From positions 1 through 18,389 of the forward strand of contig JBBSVW010000037.1 in assembly GCA_038046605.1 (NCBI GenBank): a DNA stretch of 18,389 nt, read 5' to 3'. Within the stretch, counting starts at the first letter, position 1. Every line of letters begins with the position of its first letter. This document shows, piece after piece, positions 15,383 through 18,389 of this stretch. Position numbers and translations under genes: made by a program. Under the pieces are notes generated by a model. That model worked only from the letters and a program-made list of their open reading frames with translations. It was not told where the DNA came from and did not search any database. The DNA comes from Candidatus Micrarchaeota archaeon. Lineage in GTDB: Archaea; Micrarchaeota; Micrarchaeia; Norongarragalinales; SBBD01.

Positions 15383-15387
15383 TTTGC

Positions 15388-15627
15388 TCACTTCTTGAAA
15401 TGTTTCCAATGCTCATTGAGTGCCAACTCATCCCCTTTGCGGTCCTCCAGCAGATCCTTTACGCTTGCCCTGCCTTTAAGTGCGCCCCACATACTCTCCT
15501 TCTTCTCCTCAAATAAATGCTTGTGGAGAAGAACATTTACTCCTCTCGATAGGTTGCCATCAAAAAGTTGCCTAACCTTATCTGCTATCATGTCGTCCAG
15601 CATCAATGTGGTTTTTATGGCTGCCAT
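15388..15627 (-). CDS. vapB: VapB-type antitoxin (ribbon-helix-helix-like)
   Basis: KTTLMLDD....K......GNLSR.VN.LL...L and SMWGALK, upstream of vapC. Confidence 0.82.
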   Translation of the reverse strand: MAAIKTTLMLDDMIADKVRQLFDGNLSRGVNVLLHKHLFEEKKESMWGALKGRASVKDLLEDRKGDELALNEHWKHFKK

Positions 15628-15660
15628 ATAGAATACACCATATAGAGTATGCCATAATCG

Positions 15661-15676
15661 TTATATAAAGCTTTTC
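15661..15676 (-). promoter_or_regulatory. BRE/TATA promoter of the VapBC unit
   Basis: Minus strand GAAAAGC-TTTATATAA, 33 nt upstream of ATG 15627. Confidence 0.75.
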
Positions 15677-15695
15677 TTTCCCCCACCTTTTTTCA

Positions 15696-15713
15696 GTTCA
15701 TACTTGTACGAAC
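15696..15713. repeat. Cassette-junction palindrome
   Basis: gttcatacttgtacgaac. Confidence 0.93.
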
Positions 15714-15719
15714 AAATAA

Positions 15720-15938
15720 TTATACTTCAATATGTGTAAATAATGCAGCCGATAACTTCCTTTCATCGACTTCTTTCCTTGCCTCCTTCTCCTCAAGATA
15801 TAATTCCACTGCCTCTTTGATGTTTGATAAGGCTTTTTCAACAGTTTTGCCCTGGGTAGTTACTCCTACTGACGGGCAATAAGCAACATATTCGTTTTGT
15901 TCCTTCTGGATAATAACTGGAAAAGTGTGTTTCTTCAT
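15720..15938 (-). CDS. hicB: Orphan HicB-family antitoxin
   Basis: FPVIIQKE..EYVAYCP.VGVTTQGKTVEKALSNIKEAVELYLE; no adjacent hicA. Confidence 0.9.
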   Translation of the reverse strand: MKKHTFPVIIQKEQNEYVAYCPSVGVTTQGKTVEKALSNIKEAVELYLEEKEARKEVDERKLSAALFTHIEV

Positions 15939-15948
15939 AAAATCACTG

Positions 15949-15966
15949 GTTCATATCGATCAGAAC
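15949..15966. repeat. Cassette-junction palindrome
   Basis: gttcatatcgatcagaac. Confidence 0.85.
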
Positions 15967-15969
15967 CAC

Positions 15970-16158
15970 TTAAATCGCCTCCGCCATATGGTGCTTCTCA
16001 ATTCTGTCTACTTGTTGGGAGGTGAAGATGAATTCATTGCATATAGGGCATTCATATGCTTTCACATTGTGCAAAGGAACGCCAGGCATGTACTCGTAAG
16101 TAGGAAAGACGATTTTCCTCGCTTCAACCTTATCCTTTTTGCAGATTATTTTACTCAT
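15970..16158 (-). CDS. YgiT/MqsA-type zinc-finger-like protein
   Basis: NVKAYECPICNEFIFT..Q..RIE; the first knuckle is CKKD; ATG 16158 overlaps the upstream TGA. Confidence 0.75.
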   Translation of the reverse strand: MSKIICKKDKVEARKIVFPTYEYMPGVPLHNVKAYECPICNEFIFTSQQVDRIEKHHMAEAI

Positions 16159-16331
16159 CGAATCTTCCGCCTCTTCCATATTTCATCATACATTTTATCA
16201 TGCTCTATTTCTGCTTTTCTATCCTCCTCCCTCATTTTTATTATGTCCTCCCCAGAAACTAGCCCTTTCAAGGAGCCAAAACCTGCATTTGAGATAATTT
16301 TTCCGCCCTTATTCTTGTTTTTGCTTTTCAT
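16155..16331 (-). CDS. Small protein resembling a stand-alone VapB C-terminal (toxin-binding) region
   Basis: GSLKGLVSGEDIIKMREEDRKAEIEH aligns without gaps to GALKGRASVKDLLEDRKGDELALNEH of 15388..15627. Confidence 0.6.
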   Translation of the reverse strand: MKSKNKNKGGKIISNAGFGSLKGLVSGEDIIKMREEDRKAEIEHDKMYDEIWKRRKIR

Positions 16332-16344
16332 ACCAATCAAAAGC

Positions 16345-16725
16345 TCATTTTACAAATTTGACATTCTTTAATCCCCTAAAGGCATCATCGCCCGTAAGGA
16401 ATTTGAGGCCCATGGATTTGGCCAAATGGTAGCCTAGAGCGTCGACGAATGATACATCTTTTTTTGTCAGTTTCCTGAGGGAAAATTTTTGCCTGCACGC
16501 TTCGATGAGTGCAGTTTTTGATGGGATAAGCGCATCTTCCATCATCATATCCTGCAATTTTTCAGCTATATCGATATTGCCATTCCTTAGTAGGACGAAA
16601 TAGGCTTCCGCAACATTCAGGTCGCATGTCACAACCTCAAATTCCTTGCCATAATATGGCATATAGCTACTGCTCCCGAAAACAAGCTCCAAGAGTGCGT
16701 ATGTGTCAAAATAATATTTCACCAA
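16345..16725 (-). CDS. vapC: PIN-domain VapC toxin
   Basis: YYFDTYAL, E, SFVDALGY and FLTGDDAF. Confidence 0.93.
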   Translation of the reverse strand: MVKYYFDTYALLELVFGSSSYMPYYGKEFEVVTCDLNVAEAYFVLLRNGNIDIAEKLQDMMMEDALIPSKTALIEACRQKFSLRKLTKKDVSFVDALGYHLAKSMGLKFLTGDDAFRGLKNVKFVK

Positions 16726-16937
16726 AAATCATCCTCCCCTCTTAGTTCATCTTTTATTTTTTGGGCGTTAAGGTCCAGATGTTTGCCGATTCCAAATAAT
16801 GACATATAGTCCTTCTTTGGCACCACCCGAAGTTTTAGCTCTTGGTTCTCCTTCAAATTAAGCTCCTTTGCTTCAGATGCAGGAAACCTGCCAAAAAATG
16901 AGCCGCCGATGCGCTTGATCTTTATGTTCACATACAT
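16719..16937 (-). CDS. vapB: AbrB/MazE-type VapB antitoxin
   Basis: KIKRIGGS....FP...AKELNLKENQEL and SLFG; overlaps the vapC start. Confidence 0.9.
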   Translation of the reverse strand: MYVNIKIKRIGGSFFGRFPASEAKELNLKENQELKLRVVPKKDYMSLFGIGKHLDLNAQKIKDELRGEDDFW

Positions 16938-16982
16938 AGGGGTACCTTGTTTAATTTATTGTTATATTTATTATACTGAATG

Positions 16983-17000
16983 TTATATATAAAGCTTTCG
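16983..17000 (-). promoter_or_regulatory. BRE/TATA promoter at the head of the minus-strand array
   Basis: Minus strand CGAAAGC-TTTATATATAA. Confidence 0.75.
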
Positions 17001-17041
17001 AGAATACGGTGTTTTATGCAAAGTTTGCAATCATGTAAATG

Positions 17042-17254
17042 CTAAATCCTATGCGAAATCATGGAAATGCCGATGAACACGAGGATGAGGGGCCAGAACG
17101 GGAAATTGCCGAACTTGATTATGCCAAACTCTCGCCCGATCTCAAAAAGCCCCCAGATCAGGATGAAGATGCCAAGCCAAAAGCCAAACCCAAAGCGCCT
17201 GCACCTTCCCCACCAGCCGTATTCGACATCCATATCATGGTCCTTATCCTTCAT
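17042..17254 (-). CDS. Small 2-TM membrane protein (LiaF/DUF5668-like)
   Basis: FWLGIFILIWGL...G....FWPLILVFIGI; GGTGG RBS before ATG 17254. Confidence 0.75.
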   Translation of the reverse strand: MKDKDHDMDVEYGWWGRCRRFGFGFWLGIFILIWGLFEIGREFGIIKFGNFPFWPLILVFIGISMISHRI

Positions 17255-17369
17255 TTGCCACCACCTATTTTTGATGAAAAGGAGGGCTATGGATGCAGGT
17301 TGCAACATTGCCCAAACCTTGCTTAAACATTGGCCAATAATCGATAGTGATGATTGCCAATAATTCATT

Positions 17370-17741
17370 TCACTTATTCCTTTTTGACATTTTATCCATG
17401 TAATCGAGCACTCTTTTCCTTTGTGCATTGGGCAGGCCATTTAGGACGGTATGGAAATCCGAGGTCAGGCTTACAATGAAAGCATGCAGGGGGGCATTGT
17501 ATGTGGCTAGGCGCCTCATTTCCCATGTGGCTTTTCTTGCCTGTGGCTCAAGAGCGGTCGCCCTCCGGATCAATTCGGGGGTTGGATTTGGAATATCATT
17601 CATTTCCGAATGGATATCCCCAAGCAACCTGAAACCGTGCTTTAATCTTTCGACATGATCGTAGGGGTGGATCGTTTCGAGCGCCGATCTAAGTTTTGAG
17701 AGGTCGGTTTCTTGCTTGTGCAAAACTATGGGGTTTCTCAT
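17370..17741 (-). CDS. Hypothetical protein
   Basis: 123-aa helical-looking ORF with no recognised motif. Confidence 0.6.
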   Translation of the reverse strand: MRNPIVLHKQETDLSKLRSALETIHPYDHVERLKHGFRLLGDIHSEMNDIPNPTPELIRRATALEPQARKATWEMRRLATYNAPLHAFIVSLTSDFHTVLNGLPNAQRKRVLDYMDKMSKRNK

Positions 17742-17973
17742 GGGCTGCTCACAATAATAATTGCGTCTTAGGATTTATAATCAAACCTGTTGAAGGAAAA
17801 AAGTCCCGGCAATTCTTCCAGTTGTTTGGCTTTAATTCACTTGATTTTTTTTTCGAAACGCATAAAAAAGGGTGCTGCGTTAAAATGCTTGGAATTATTT
17901 ATTGGGGAAAATATTTTTCGGAGAATATATTTTTTCGGATCATTTTTTCCATCATTTTTTCGAGGGATCGACC

Positions 17974-18389
17974 ATGGAAGGGCACGAGGGGCATCACAAG
18001 AATGATAGGAAGGCAATTGGAGCCGAGAAGCTGGGGACGGGCTATTCGCATCACCTAAAGCCGCTTCGCCCGCTGGATTTGAGCAAGGTGCACACAGTCA
18101 ATGACCTCGTTTTGCAAATGAAGGAGACAAGCTTTGGCGCGCGCAACCTGGGCGAAGCTGCCGATGTGCTTGAGGCGATGTCAAACGACAAGGAATGCTT
18201 CAAAGTCCTAACGCTTTCCGGCGCCATGACAATTGCCAAGATGGGCCTTGTTGTTTGCGACATGATAGAAAACGGGATGGTCGATGCGATCGTATCAACT
18301 GGCGCGCTCATGGCGCATGGCTTTGTCGAATCCGTCGGGAAGGTTCACTTCAAATATGAGTTCAACATGGATGATACTAAATTGTATTA
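17974..18389 (+). CDS. Deoxyhypusine synthase family protein (3' partial; not in ORF track)
   Basis: Manual translation ...MKETSFGARNLGEAADVLEAM...LTLSGAMTIAKMG...VDAIVSTGALMAHGFVES; runs off the window. Confidence 0.92.
   Translation, partial: MEGHEGHHKNDRKAIGAEKLGTGYSHHLKPLRPLDLSKVHTVNDLVLQMKETSFGARNLGEAADVLEAMSNDKECFKVLTLSGAMTIAKMGLVVCDMIENGMVDAIVSTGALMAHGFVESVGKVHFKYEFNMDDTKLY

Larger units (their letters stand above)
8796..15966 (-). mobile_element. Putative integron-like gene-cassette array delimited by GTTC-N10-GAAC sites
   Basis: 14 intact 18-bp sites at gene junctions, each bounding one gene or one TA operon. Mobility is inferred, and no recombinase is present in the window. Confidence 0.65.

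Noticed and set aside
9391-15966. CRISPR array interpretation of the repeats
   Set aside because: The repeats are 18 bp with variable centres, the intervals are mostly hundreds of bp and contain whole genes, and there are no cas genes.
9391-15966. Canonical attC sites or LexA boxes
   Set aside because: There is no RYYYAAC...GTTRRRY long hairpin with L boxes. The Firmicute LexA box is GAAC-N4-GTTC, which has the opposite arm order and different spacing.
17255-17440. N-terminal extension of ORF 17042..17440
   Set aside because: It overlaps 17370..17741, and the RBS supports ATG 17254.
17905-17965. Short T-rich direct repeats (atattttt..cgga, tcattttttc)
   Set aside because: They are low-complexity and only two copies each, so I cannot distinguish them from background.
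18051-18311. 86-aa minus-strand ORF
   Set aside because: It is antisense to the DHS-family gene.
1-18389. Integrase, recombinase or transposase gene
   Set aside because: No ORF has the size or motifs of a tyrosine or serine recombinase or a DDE/HUH transposase.

Overview
Accessory region, most likely from an archaeon (inferred from GGTG(A) ribosome-binding sites, BRE/TATA promoters and gene families; DPANN-like but unproven). The left 5.2 kb holds an Rhs/YD-repeat polymorphic toxin locus split into two genes. The first gene carries the YD shell with an inserted CBM-like domain, a dockerin, a cohesin-like domain and a PT linker. The second has a membrane anchor, the Rhs core ending in DPSG and a kinase-like C-terminal toxin, and is followed by a candidate immunity gene. 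The main finding lies at about 7.5-17 kb: an array of small, mostly minus-strand genes separated by a recurring 18-bp imperfect palindrome, GTTC-N10-GAAC (14 intact copies plus decayed ones). The motif usually sits within 6 nt of the upstream stop codon and is followed by an A-run and RBS that place the next start codon at a nearly fixed distance. Single-gene units lack an obvious promoter, whereas toxin-antitoxin units (HicBA, RelBE, VapBC) carry their own BRE/TATA. This organisation resembles a superintegron cassette array, but the site is short and dif-like rather than attC-like, and no recombinase is encoded in the window. The window ends inside a deoxyhypusine-synthase-family gene.
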